Shown here one piece after another: positions 40,100 to 54,269 of a DNA stretch of 64,000 nt (position 1 is its first letter; every line of letters starts with the position of its first letter). A program made the translations under genes and the position numbers. The DNA is from Felis catus (Eukaryota). The notes beneath the pieces were generated by a model, which had not been told where the DNA came from, made no database searches, and saw nothing but the letters and a program-made list of their open reading frames with translations. Location: positions 178,810,001-178,874,000 of the forward strand of contig NC_058368.1 of the NCBI RefSeq assembly GCF_018350175.1, written 5' to 3'.

Positions 40100-42054
40100 T
40101 AGACTCTTTTTCTCCTTAGAACAATGTTTTCCAAAGTGATTGGCAGAATGGCACATCCAATTGATGTTTCTTACACAAATAAGTTTGAGAAACTGGGCAG
40201 GTCTGTTTACTGTGGAATGCCTCAGTGCTTTGACTATGTTAATGTGCACTGGAGATCTCTAAGAGGGGTTACCATGTGCAGTGGATTCCAAAGGTATTTA
40301 ATTTCCAAACCCTCTTCCCTAGAGCATCTGGTTGGATTAGTGCTCTATGGAACATATTTTGAGAAAGCACTAATGAAGAGGATGCCATTCATTCTTTCAC
40401 TCAGGCAACATTTACTGTGACAATACCAGGGACGGGATGATGCAGTGGGCACAGCACGGTTTGGGGACTGTAGCGACTTGTGTGTTGCAGCCTCTACCCC
40501 ACCTCTTTGTTGATGTGTGACTTCAGGCAAGTGACTTCACCTCTCTAAGCTTCGGTATTTTCATCTGTAAAATGGGTATCATAATGCTACCTAACTCTCT
40601 ATAGGGTTGCAATAAACAAGATCACAGGAACTAATGCATGGAAAGTACTGATGGTGTGCCTGATACATAGTAAGCACCCAGTTAATGGCAGTCATTTTTG
40701 TCATCATCATCATCATCACCTTTATTAGATAAGGTTGAGGAAGATGCAGAAAATGCTCAGAAATGAGTACAACACAAGGCAGTATATAATCATCATACCT
40801 CAGACAGATAAAATGATGTAGGAATGGAGAGAAAAGGTCTCTTAAAGGACACAGGACTGCACTGGACTTTGCAGGATCAGTAGGAGTTCAGGTAATGGCA
40901 GGCAGAACTGTGAACATGGCAGAGCGTAGAAAGAAGGAGAAATGCATGGAGGAGGACATTGACGGAGGTAACCCAATTCACGTGAGCTGCAGGAAATAGC
41001 TGGGGAACAGGTGGGGGGGTTGGGGAACGAGGTAGGCATAATGGCTGAAAGGGCTGAGTGAAGAGCAAGGAAGGCCCCGAATGCAAGCATAAGGGTTTGC
41101 ACTTTACTGGGTGAGGATTAGAGAACCAGTAAGCCAGAGAGGGGAGAGATCTGTAAGGATTTTAAGGAAACACAGTTTGGAATCTGTTGCTTTTTAAGTA
41201 CCTGTCTTAAGGGGAACTGTTGGGTGGCAGGAGATGGTCTCGAGTAAGAGGCAAAAACGCTGGGGGAGGGGGAGAAAGAGCCTGTAAGGGGTAAAACCAG
41301 GTGGGAAGGTGTGGCGGAGAGGACAGCGGGGCAAGATTTGAGGGAACCGCGACAGAGGCAGTCTGACAAGACTTGAAGACCAACCTTCCTGAGCTGGGTG
41401 AAACTACAGAACACTGCCAGGAGCCTGTTGTGGAAATGGGTGCTTATTCCACTGTCAGAAGCTTCTACAGTGACTGGGCCCAGAGAGCGGTCCTCATCCT
41501 TCAAGTCTGATGGGACTTTTAATGAAAACATTTGGCCAATGACACTTGCATTGCACACAAGTTGCCCACTCCCTCCATGCTGGGGAAAGCCTCCTACTGC
41601 CACCGCAGATCCACAAGTCTCTCCTGAGCAACAGGCCTTTGACTCCATTCGCTGTCATTTTCACTCATGGCTGAGTGTGACTCCTGGGAAGCTCAGCTCC
41701 TTCTAGACAATATAGAGCCTCCAAGTTGTCCCAGAAGAGAAAGAGCTGGGCAGAGGCCAGCGTGAGATGAAGGCAGGTGGGAGGGGCGGGCTCTTTGGAC
41801 ACACCTCGAGGGAACTCTTAGGTAGGGAAGTATGGTCCTTGTACTATTGAGAAAGGGACCAAGCTGATACCCAGGAAGAAAGCACATTTTCATCTTGGCC
41901 TTGGGCAGCAAAGCATGATAAAATAGTGACCTAATCCAATCTGCCAGCTCATTCTGGGCACATGAATAATGTCCCTTGCCTACTGTCAAGCCCCTGAATG
42001 AAGCCCAGGCAGATGGAACGAGGATATCATTATGGGGAAATGGGCTGGGGATTA

Positions 42055-42297
<243 letters not shown>

Positions 42298-44699
42298 TCA
42301 GACCAAGCGTGTGGAAAGAAAAAGAAGGGAGGCAGAATAGTAAAAACAATAGTTAACACATATATGGTTGTTTATGGGAGCCTGGCACCATTTTGAACAC
42401 TTTACATATATTAACTTCTGTAAGAGGCGCATGCATCATCCAGAACGAGCTGTTATTAAGGATAATAACATGGGTTTGTGGAAAGCATGTCACTGCTTAC
42501 AAGGGTTTTCACCTGCATGATCTCCTTGGCAAATGGAGCCCTGATGCAGTATGTTGGTGACGGTCAATCACAGGGATATTTGAAACTATGCCTGTCTACA
42601 TCACACACCATGTTTCTGAGATTGGAAAACATGCTTTTACCAACTATTTCATGAAACAGGAAAAGCAAAATTTGCTGCTAAGAATCTGCTACTAATAGTA
42701 TGGTCAGCGGAATAGTGAAGCACTCCCACACCCTTCCCCTTGAGGGAACAGTATGGCCAATGCAATAGTGAGTGGAATGGTGAGCATTCCTGTGAACTGC
42801 CTGTTGCTCTTGGCATTCTAGCTACACTGGCCTGCCTCCGGTGTCACAAACTCACTTTGTGTCCTTCACTGCCAGGCCTATGCACACAGTGCTCCTTTGT
42901 TGAGAATAGTTTTTCCTGTCTGTGCCCCAACACCCCCATTGCCACCTGGCTTCCCCTGGAAGGGTCCCACTGGATAGATATGTTGAGAAAAGCCCCCAGA
43001 GCATGCCTTCCCACCCCAGGTAGGTCAGACCCTCTGCACTGGCTTCTTGTGTTGTGCCTTCTCCCCCAACTTTGCAATTATGGCTTTATTTGTGAAATAA
43101 TATGATAACTATCTGCCTCCTCCATTTCACGAGAGTAGAGACAATGTCTGTTCTCACTGTTGTACCTATGGCACTGAGTACAGGACATATTAGATGCTCA
43201 ATACATGTCTGTTGAATGAGGAAATCAATTTCCTGACCTAACTAGCTATATGACTTGGATATACATCTTTATAAAAATGCAAAAGCAATATGTATACACA
43301 CCTGTTGAGAAGACCATGTGAAAATATACCTGTGTATACTTAGCACAGAGCCTGGAAGAATCAGCATCTAGGGGCACAAGTAGTGTGGCACAGTGGTTAA
43401 GGGCACTGATCCTGGAGCTAGAATTGCCTGAATTTGTAAACTGACTCCACCATCAACTGCTGTAAGATATTAGACAAGTTGATCTCACCACTTGGGGCCT
43501 CAGTGTCCTCACCTGTAACCTGGGAGAATAAGAGTATTTATTTGATAGGCTTGTTGTGAAGAATAAACGGATTTTTACCAAGTGCCCAGGACAGTGCTTG
43601 GCATGTGTCACACTTTACACAGTGTTTGCTACTACTGTTCTGGTGTGTGGCCAGAATGAACCATCAAGGGAAGCCTTGTTGAGCCAGAACTAAGCAGACT
43701 ACTCAGAACACACACGAGAGAGGCACGGTGAGGGGCACTTAGGAGTTGCAGGGATTTCCCGGAAAGCGAGGGCAAGCGTATCCAGGTCACCCTATCATCA
43801 AAGCTGATGCTCGGGTGTTCCATCAGCGGCTGCCACCTCAGAGCCTCAGAGCCCAACCTAGAGCAGAGAGCTCCTGCGGGCGCAGAAACTCGGGTGGTAT
43901 GGCGCACAGCCTGGTGCTGTTGCTTTTGATTAAAGTTCAGACAAGGAGCCAAGAGGGAAACTGCAAGAAAATGAATTTTCATGTAGCCTAAAATGAGGCT
44001 TAATGCTCAAGTATTTCCCCAGAATTCAGATAAAAAAGGCATCATCCTAGGACTACCTTCGGCTAGTGAGAATGAAATGGTGAAGTCAGGCTGAGAGTTT
44101 TGTGAAATATAAAGACACTTTTTCAGGATATCCGCTTCATTTTATGATGCATTTGGATTACACTTGAGCTTCCAGTCTTCGTTTTGGCCCAAATAGAAAA
44201 GAAAAAAAAATTGTACATTGTAGCAGGTTTATAGTAATTGCTAATCTAGGTTTTTGATTTCGTCCTTCAAGATCCTTTAAACCCACAGTGGGGTTTTAAA
44301 ATTCAAAGTCAAGTGCAATAATAAGTAGAAAGTAAATGGGAAACTGTCAGATAAGCCACCACGGAATGGAGAAATTGCTTATGCAACAAAGGCCTTTAGA
44401 ATACTGGAGGGCATTGGGTATGATAAGGATATATTTAAGATGGTTTAAAATAAAGAGCGGACACGCTGTAGACCAGGGATTTCTTAGATACTTTTGACCT
44501 CCATTCTTTGCAGTCAGTTGAAGAGATGTTTGGAAGAATCGGGGAAATGGAGAAAGATGCTGATCTCTAAATACAGTGTGAGCTGAATGCCCCTTACAAT
44601 GCTCTGTGAAGAAATTTTATTCATTTACATCAAAAGCAGAATTTCAGCACATTGGATTTTGTGTTCAAATAATCTGAATGTGTGCATATGTGTGTCTTT

Positions 44700-44724
44700 A
44701 TACACACAGACACGCACACATGTG

Positions 44725-44770
<46 letters not shown>
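44700..44770. repeat. (CA)n microsatellite
   Basis: Directly visible. Confidence 0.97.
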
Positions 44771-44771
<1 letters not shown>

Positions 44772-46404
44772 TTGTAGTTAATTGGATGCAAACTCATTTG
44801 GAAAAAAAAAAAATCCTCATTCAAGAGACACACCTGCTGCTGTATTCCAAAAAAGGCAAGGCAAGGAATCAGTAAGAGGGTCTTTTTTCATATAATGGAA
44901 GCTGAATCTCACTGAGCACAGATACCAATTAGAAAAGGCTTTTAAAGTGCCAATAAGCCAGCAGGATAAATCCACATGCCAAATTACATAGGCTTTGGGA
45001 AAGGCTCTGGTGGTAATGAGAGCGCAGAGAAGAGCTTCGGTGTGTGGGTGGAAAGGAGTCCTGTGTGTTCTCGGGCCTGGGTCTCTAATCTGTGCAATGG
45101 CCTCATCTATCACACCTCTCAGGAGGAGACTGCTATCAGGGCACTAAGAAGATGACCTGACAGAAAAGGAAGAGGGAGGAAGGGAGCGGGGAGGGAAGGG
45201 GGAGAAAGAGACCATTGTTGTGAATCTGCTGAGACCAGAGTAGAGTCAGTCACTGACCTTGTGAGGCTGATACGAACAGAAGGGGCACTCTTTTGGAGAG
45301 AAGATGGCTCTCCAAAGGTGGACACAGACTCTGGAATGAACAGGGATGTGGACAGGTCATGACCTCCTGGATTTCAGAGTCCTGCATCCTCCCTGGGACT
45401 CTGAAGTAAAGCTGGGCCGACCCAGAAAGATCACACATTCAGTTCCAAAGGGGAAGAGAGAACACAGATCTCTGCTGCTCTGGCTCAGGCTTGGAAAAGC
45501 TCCCTTCTGGCACTGCTCTGAGACAGGCAGTCTGTTTGCTCCTCATCGTCCAGCACATACCCAGCTCCAGCTTCCCCCCAGGCCTTGGAGAATCGCTGAG
45601 CCCTACAATCAGGTCCCACTGTGGCCACTCCACGGCCCCGTGGCTTTGTGCCTGTCATTTAACTTCCCTGAGCCTCTGTGATCTCATCTGTAAAATGGAG
45701 ATAAAAATAATCCCTGCTTGGTAGGATTGTTGAGAAGCTTAAAAGAGTTCATATAAACAGAGGGCTCTGCAGAGTGGCTCATTAGAAAGGCTCAGGAAGT
45801 ACTGATGTTGACAGTGGTGATGATGATGGTGAGTACTATAAGCTCAGCCTCTGCTGGATTCTGGAAAAAGTAACATATAAAGACATGTTGCAATGCATGG
45901 AGCTTCCTAGAGCTTTGCACGGAACATTTTACGCCTATCAGTTTACTTGTTCACCTCCAGAGCAAAGAGCTGGCATGGGGAGAGAGGGTCAGGATGGATT
46001 TACCTTTTCTCCCAGGGCTGACACTCACAACCCTGCAGACCCTTCTTTATCCCATCTAAATATTTCATAATCTGTCCTCAAAGATGTTTGAAAAACTCCA
46101 ATCTGACCACGTTGATCCACAGTTTACAATCCTTCCGTGGCTTCTGTTGCCCTTGGGACCCACCCAGCTCTGCAGGCCCGTTTGGTTCAATGTTCCTGCT
46201 CTGTACCATTCGTCTTTCCTCTTGCCTGCCTGTCCTCCCTCCATGCCTGGCTCCATGCCTCAGGCACACTCTGTTCCTCCTCCTTGGGCCTGCATATGGG
46301 CCCTCCTCTGGCCACCCTGCTTTCCCTTCCCTCTCCCTGACCCCATTTCTACACCGAACCCTACCTCCACCTGTCCCCACAAATAAACCCCACTCATTCT
46401 CTAA

Positions 46405-46715
46405 CATCATTCTATCAAATACGGAAGCTACAGCCACATGTATCTTTTGAGCGCTTGAGACTAGTCCAGGTTGAGATGTGCTGTTGAGTATAAAAAGCCC
46501 ACTAGATTTCAAAGAATGCGTTCTGGAAACCAAAAACAAAAGTTAACACATCTCAATAATGTTCTGTATTGATTGCATGCTGAAATGATAACACTTTGGA
46601 ATACGGGGTTACATCAAATATATTGTAACATTAATCTCACTATTTCATTTTTCTTTTTAAAAACTTTGCATTTAGACAGGGGGCTCACATTCCAGTTTCA
46701 GAGGATATGACTGCT
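46405..46715. mobile_element. MER33-like hAT MITE
   Basis: gccacatgt...gagatgtgctgt...gatttcaaaga...attgattgcatgctgaaatgata motifs. Confidence 0.7.
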
Positions 46716-46974
46716 CTGGAGCGAAGGCTCCACACCATTCCTCATCGAGGCCATCCTCGGCTCACTCATGAGACTGTCCTTTACAGAGTCTCCAGCTGCC
46801 CCAAACTTCTGCTCTGCAGCAATCCCCTTTGACCATAACGAGATAGCTCTGCAATCAGTAGGTTGCTATTCAGTGCAATGATCACGAGTCTATGAAGTCA
46901 AGGGCTCTATCACGAATCTGTTTCCAGTTGTAACTCCAGCCAGAGGCACAGTGCCTGGCATTTAGACGATGCTC

Positions 46975-47447
46975 ATATTAGTTTCCTGTTGCTGCTGTTA
47001 TAAATCACCACAAACTTAGTGGCTTAACACAAACAAAGTTACTATTTTATACTTCTGGATGTCAGAAGTCTGAAATTGGTTTCATTGAACTAAGATCAAA
47101 GTGTGAGCAGGGCTGAGTTCCTTCTGGAGGGTCTTAGGAAGAAACTATGTACTTTCCTCTTGCAGCTTCTAGAAGCTACCTACATTCCTTGCCTCCTGGT
47201 CTCTTCTTCCATCTTCAAAGCCAGAAGTGCATCTTCTTTAAATCCCTCTCTGACTCTCCTGACTCCTTTTATTCACTTCTAAGGACCCTGTGGTTGCATT
47301 GGGTCCACCTGGACAGTCCAGCATACTCTCACCATCTGCAAAATTCTTAATCATGTCTGAGAAGTCCACTTTGTAAGGTAATATATACACTGGATCTAGG
47401 GATTAGGACATTAACATCTTAGGGGAAATGTTATTCAGCCTACCACA
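46975..47447 (-). mobile_element. MaLR solo LTR (MLT1C/D-like)
   Basis: tattagtttcct...ccacaaacttagtggcttaa...ttattcagcctaccaca. Confidence 0.88.
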
Positions 47448-49972
47448 ATATTTTGCTCAATATTTGCTATTCAATGAGTAAATCAATATTCAGTTGGATA
47501 CATGGATGGATGGATGCCTCCCTATTTCCATTTTCTATTTCCTGCCAGCAACTTCCTCCAAACCTAAGAAGCCATGCTTGTGTAGGCTGGCTGCTCTCCT
47601 GGAATACCTGTCCTTTCCCCTCTTTCTTTCAGTCTGGACATGGGCCAGACTGGGGTCTCATTCAAGAGCCATTTTCCCGAGTGGATCTATCCTTACTGCC
47701 CTTGCCTACCTCCCATTTACCTGAACTCTTGAGTCTCTACCACACACTTCACGTTAAAGAACACATCTCAGTTTGTTCTTTAAATTCTTAGTTTGTTCTA
47801 CTCTTAGGACTAGATGGTGCCTCTTCTAAGAAAGGTGGGGACTGTGCCTTATCCTTCTCCAATTCTCCCACCCTTCCCTGGAGCCTAGTGCTGAGCTGGG
47901 CACTCTGTACATGCTTAAAAAGTAAGTTGATCTCATGGCTCTGCCAGTAGCAACCTCCCCACAGACGAGGCCATGATGCCAGCCGCTTGAATTTGTCTTT
48001 CTTTCCCACGAAGACTGTTAACCCCGCAGCCTGACGTTAACCCAAGTGAATGTGGGATGGCTAAGTGCAAAGTCATTTTGGCAAAATGTGCATTGCTTCA
48101 CTTCAAGCAGAAATCAAATGTTATGATGTTATACTATCAGGAAACGTATATTACATTTGGCATAGTCCCATTCCAAAAACACAAACGGCATTAACCCCTT
48201 AGTGCTCTGGCCCTGGTAGCAAGATGTGGTCCTTCTCTCCATCAAAACCTCCCACAAGTAACCTCTGTCACAAAAGCACACACAAACACAGAGACATGCA
48301 CACACACGTATTTGTCTAGGCTTTTCTCTGAAGAATGTTAAATAATCTTTAAGCCTGAGATTATCTTTGCAATTAGCTATCTTATCATCACAGGATTGCT
48401 CAAATCTTTCCTGATGAGAAGAAGAAGATGATGATGATACTGATGATCATGGTGATGATGCCCTGATTGCTTTGGGCATTAAAACAAAATTTAAAAGGTT
48501 AGTATGCATTATGATTTACTCATTATCAGTAGTCTTGGAAAAACAGTTCACTATTTCACACTCTTTGAAAATAATTTGCATATTCTGAAAAAATATTAGT
48601 CAGAATATTGGACTTGGGAACAAGAGACAGGTTCTTTCACTTCAGCTGAATCACTGATTTGTTGACCTTGGGAATGTCCTTGTGCCTCTCTGGGCCTTAG
48701 TGAGCTCCCGTATAAAATGGGGGGGGGGGTTGAATTGGATGATGTATCAGGGATGTAACATAAATCTGATTACCATGGCTACACTGAGTAAGTTTTGCAT
48801 TAGTTTTCTTCCTTAACAAGAAGTCAAAAGATGGTCAATCCTGAGCTGCTCCCCCATCCTTAGCATATGACTTTTGTCTTCATAGCTTCAAACTGGATAC
48901 TGTACATCCAAGCATCTTGTTTTCCAGAAAGGAAGAAGGGGAAGGTCTATGGGCAAAAAATGTGTTGTGCTCATTGAATTTGTCCCCTTCCCTTTTTTGT
49001 TTTAAATTGGACAAAAAGGATTTCCTGAAGCCCCAACAAGTTTGTTTCTGTTGACTCTCTTTGGACAGAGATGCGTCATATGGCCATCACCTGCTGTAGG
49101 ATGTTGTTAACTGAGCAAATTGTGATCATGAAAAAAAAAAAAAACACCTAGGGTTCAGTTAACCAGGAAGAAGGGAAGAATGGTATTGTGTGGGTTCTCA
49201 GCTGTGTCTGCCACAGACAGCTTCTAAGTTTCACTTGGTCTTGGATATTCCATAAATTGTACTTTAAAACCTATCATTATCTACTACATTGGTCTCTAGT
49301 GTATACAGTGCTTAGTCCTGGTTTGGATTATCAGGTTAACCTCATTAGCATACTAGGAGAATGCATGCTAATGCCAGCATCTAGTAGAACACAAGGTGGG
49401 GTGTGGATGGGAAACCATCCATTCACTCTGCCTCCTCTTTCTGTTCACTTATGCCTGAAGGAAGACAGCTGAGGAGGAAGGCAGCTATGTAACTAATAAG
49501 TAACAGGAAAATCCCTTCAGGCTGATGTACTTTCCTCTTTATGGAAGCCCAGGCCAAGAGGTGAGGAGGGTGACCATCTTTGCAAGAGATCCTTCACTTC
49601 TTGTTTTATTCAGTGGACATCAGTGACTTTGACCACCCCCCCCCCAAAAAAAAACCTCCATAAACATCTTACTTTGGGAAAATATACCCCCTTCAATGGA
49701 CAGAGACTTGGTGGGACCATCAAGGGAGAGGTCATCCAAGGAAGGCCAATAGAATGACATGGGATGGGGACTGGATCTTTAAACAGGGTGATGCCTGAAT
49801 GGAACATACTAAAGGCAAAGTTGTGCCACCTCCCCTGGATCCTAAAGTGGCTCTGACCCTGTCCTTCACAGCCTGGTTCTCCTTGCCCTTCTGGTAAGTA
49901 CCTTCTTTGATTAAGGCAGGCACAGTCAGTTTCTCTTTCTTGCAACCCCAAACCCTAATAAGTATATCTTTT

Positions 49973-50187
49973 TTTTAAAATGTTTATTTATTTTTGAGTT
50001 GAGAGAGAAGAGAGAGAGAGCGCCAGCAGGGGAGGGGCGGAGAGAGAAGAAGACACAGAATCCGAAGCAGGTTCCCGGCTCTGAGCTGTCAGCACAGAGC
50101 CCAACATGGGGCTTGAACTCATGAACCGTGAGATCATGACCTGAGCCGAAGTCGGATGCTTAACCGACTGAGCCACCCAGGCGCCCC
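49973..50187 (-). mobile_element. Young felid-type Can-SINE
   Basis: CpG-retaining head; TSD aagtatatctttt on both sides. Confidence 0.96.
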
Positions 50188-51417
50188 ACAAGTATATCTT
50201 TTAATTGCAGTAATTCATCATTTGTATTTGCAAATAGCAAGGAGTCTGCAATACTTCAGGACAGACACTCAGGCCAGGGTCCTTGTCCTGAATCTGCTTC
50301 TTAATCCACGATCTGACTTTGTACATACCTCTTCACCTCTCTGTGCCTCAGTTTCCTCACAGGTAAAGTGGTGGGTTGGATTAGACCCATAACTTCACAC
50401 CCTTCTCTGAAGTGCTTCAGGATCTTTCCCCAGAAAGTCTTCAGGGGGGGGTCCACATGGGAGCTCAGGTGTGGCCCATTATAATGGGCTCTGGGTCCTC
50501 CACCCCACTTTAGTTAGAACATCTTGGCTTTCAACCAACTTCTGTATTGAGCAGGAGATTCTTTATTTTTTTTTTATTGGCCCTCAGCTAAAAATAAACG
50601 TTAGAAAAATTCTGGACAATATGATCTCTAAAGGGCCCTTCCAGCTCTGATGTTCTGTGGAATTCTAAGCAGGTGGAATATTTGGTAACATCTTTCCATT
50701 CATCAGCATAATTGGGAGTGCAAGAACGTCTGCCAAAACATAATCTATATCTAAATAAAATCTTCTGTGTGCAAAACAACGGCAATGAAGGACATTCAGG
50801 AAAGAGCAGCCTGTGTGGAAGAGCTAGAGACAAACAAAGCGCAGATCCCGGTTTTGCAATTCTGGCAACGGCTGGGGTGTTGGTGTGGGAAAGGAAGCCC
50901 ACCGCGGCTTTACCTCGTCTCTGCCGTTGTGAAGCAAAGAGTGCAAGGTCAAACGCAAACCGAGGCCGGGCCACTCATGTTTCACTGGGCATATGCAATG
51001 TTTTTAAAACTTCCGATTAGTTATCATCAATATTTAGAAATTGGGAAATGCATTTAAAAAATTTGTTTCCTGGCTTCTTTTGAAAAACTGGAAGATGGAC
51101 ATCATTGGCCTTGCTTTCTAACAGGATGGCAATGAATCAGATCAGAACGGCAGCTGCCCCTTCCGCTGGGGGTATGTTTGCTTGACTTCGTTCCAGGCCA
51201 GCTACTTCCTCCCATATTCCTGACCCTGAGGCCATGTGCTGACTATTAGGTAGCCTTGCACTTGCACTATCCTTTTTTTTTTTCCTATTGAAGAATAATG
51301 GTCAATGACACATAAAATATTTCTTATATCCCTGTCCGTTTCCAAAGTGGAGAAATAAAATACTGATAAAGGCATGCTTTTCTAGAAAAATAGAGCAGAG
51401 ATAGTATTTCTTTACAG

Positions 51418-51638
51418 CACTGGTTTTCAAATAGGGGTGGTTTTGCACATCCCTTTCCCCCTCCCCACGGACATTTGGCAATGTCTACAGACTTTTTTGA
51501 TTGTCACAACTAGGGAGTAGGGAGGATGCTGTTGGCATCTAGTGAGTAGAGGTCAGGGATGCTATTAAATATCTTGCAGTGCACAGGGCATCCCTACAAC
51601 AAAGAATTATCCAACTCCAAATGTTGACAGGACCCTGT
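51418..51638 (+). mobile_element. MER20
   Basis: ggacatttggcaatgtct...ttgtcacaact...acaacaaagaattatcc. Confidence 0.88.
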
Positions 51639-53190
51639 GTTATGGATGTCTGTGGGTTTAACATATCCCAGCCCCTTCACTCTTTTACATTACCTGCCTG
51701 GGACCTGCCCTATAGGCCTGCTGCTAATGATTAAAGAGGCATAACAGGAAAATTAGGTTCTGTCCTGATGGGGCAAGGATGAAAATGATGATAAAAATTC
51801 TGACCATGGGTATGGCCTCCATGGCTTTACTCTCTCAGTTTTTACTCTTATGAAACTCATAAGTGCCCTGGGAGAAGGTGCTATTTCCCAAGATTCTACC
51901 CAGTGTCACTCAGTCCCCTTGCTTTGGATCTCACAGCTTGTAAATGACAGGGCAAGGCCCAAGGCGGGCATGTGCAGTCTGTTCTAGGCCTGGTTGTCCA
52001 GGCCACCCTTTGATTTTGTAAAGCAATTCATAGCCCTTCTGGTACCAGTGTGTGCTCTTAACCCAAGTCTGATGCTGCCAGAGACCACAGAACCCAGACT
52101 GATGGTCTATCCACTGTGCTTCCCCTGCAGTGAATGGACCTTGCTGGAAAGGGCAAGAAACTGCTGTCCAGGAAACCCGAAGGGAACTGAAAGACATTAA
52201 AACCCCTAGGGAAGCAAGAAGCAATGTCAGGAGAGGTAACTTAGGTTGAATCCGAAAACTGGGCACAGTCCCTGTGTCTCCTCTGAAGATGGCTACATCC
52301 AAGCCCAGGGCAGAGTAGATTAGCAGCAGAGAGTCAAGAAGGGCACAGGAAAATTGGAGATGAAAATAGTTCATTACTTGTAACTACTCATTAATCTATC
52401 CACCTATCCATTCATCCTTTCAACACTTATATTTATGGAGCAGGATTCAGGCCTGAGGCAAGGTGTGGCCCCTGTCCTTGTGGGATCAAAACCAAGCTCT
52501 GGGCCTTGCAGCTGTTTGATCTCAAGCAAGTTACTTCCCTCTCTGAGTTTCCTGATCAATAAAAGGAGGGGGCATTTTTCCATCTTGCAGAAGGTGACTG
52601 AAGATTAAATAAGATCTCCTTAGCACAGGGCTGACTCAGACTCTCAATAAATGTCTCCCTGATTCCATCTCCACTTCCTTCTATCCATGGGTACCACACA
52701 GTTCACACATGAGTCCTGTAGCTCACTGGGACAGGGGTGGCTTCTGGGGTCACCCTCCAGCTCAAATCATGTCACAAAAGACCCTCATCTTCCACAGAGC
52801 CAATTCTCCTCCGTGGGGTTGGAGGGTCTTTTGTACATCACAACATCACTTAAGAAACTGGAGGTGGAAGGGCACACCAGTCAGCAGGAAGCATGCATGT
52901 GATGTGTGAGAACATGAGTTCCCTCAGCAGTCCTGCCCTTCCTCCTTTTTGTAAATTCCAATTTGACTTCTTAAGCCCTCAGGGGCATCAAGCAAGATCT
53001 GCGGCTGTTTGGGGGCAGGACATGGGGATGGGCACTCTCTCTCATCAGGCGCTTATTAAGGACCCAGGATGCACACAGTGATAAACTGTTATTTCAAGCT
53101 CCCACCACTGAAACCCCTGTGGCCCTCTAACAGATGGTCTTCTAGAAGGAGCTTGGCGTGTGCCATGTCTGGATGCATGGGCCTACTCAC

Positions 53191-53249
53191 CAAGCTTGTA
53201 CCACATATCACGGATGGAGAAGCCAATTAGCCGTCTCATGTCCCCATAC
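53191..53249 (-). CDS. DOCK2: DOCK2 coding exon (~exon 32), (K)[19 protein letters not shown](G)
   Basis: 59 nt; acceptor tttctcatAG, donor GTGAGT; a 90-nt intron separates it from the previous exon; phase 2 to 1. Confidence 0.97.
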
Positions 53250-53338
53250 CTATGAGAAACAACAAATGTCTGCTTCAGTCTCCATCTCAGAGATTTCCAA
53301 GAAGCCCCCACTTCAAGGAGATCCAAATATTCAACCTA

Positions 53339-53521
<183 letters not shown>

Positions 53522-53884
53522 TTATGAAAATGGAAGAAGATAGTGGCAGAACCAGTTTAATTCTGTGCACTGCAATTTTCTAACTGGCATGGACTCTGAA
53601 ATTAACATCCTGGCCAAAGCAAGGACAATGGATGGATTTCTCTAGGCACTGACCAGGTCCCCAGTCTGGAGACAGGGGAGGGTTTTAGGGCTGCTTTTGA
53701 AAAATTGCTTCATTTTGTGTTTTGAAAGACAAACAACTTGCCCAAGCTGAGTGCCCTGGTAGAATTAGAGGTTGATGAGGGATATGTATTTCTGGAAGTC
53801 CTCCCTAATCCACCTGATAGCTCAGAGGACCAGCCTGAAACCCATTCTGTCTTAGAACATTTTGCCTCCTCCTTCCCCTTAGGT

Positions 53885-54269
53885 CAATGGTTTCAAGGTA
53901 TGGCCCCAGACCACTAGCAATAGCATCACCTGGGAACTTGTTAGAAATGCAAATTATCTGGGGCACCCTGATGGCTCAGTCAGGCTCTTGATTTTGGCTC
54001 AGGGCATGATCTCACTGTTCATGGGTTTGAGCCCCGCATTGGTCTCTGTGTTGACAATGCAGGGCCTGTCTGGGATTCTCTGTCCCCCCATCTCTCTATC
54101 CATTCTCCCTCTCCCTCTCTCTCTCTCTCAAAAAATAAATAAACATTAAAAAAAAAAGAAATGCAAATTCTCTGGCTCTACCCTAGACCTACTGAATCAG
54201 ACTCTGAAATCTGTGTGTTCATAAGCACTCTGGGTAATTCTGATGTTCATTTGAGTTCAAGAACCTCTG
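53885..54269 (+). mobile_element. MER5A MITE interrupted by a SINE
   Basis: agcatcacctgggaacttgttagaaatgcaaat...agacctactgaatcag. Confidence 0.88.
53960..54156 (+). mobile_element. Can-SINE
   Basis: TSD agaaatgcaaattatct / agaaatgcaaattctct. Confidence 0.93.
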
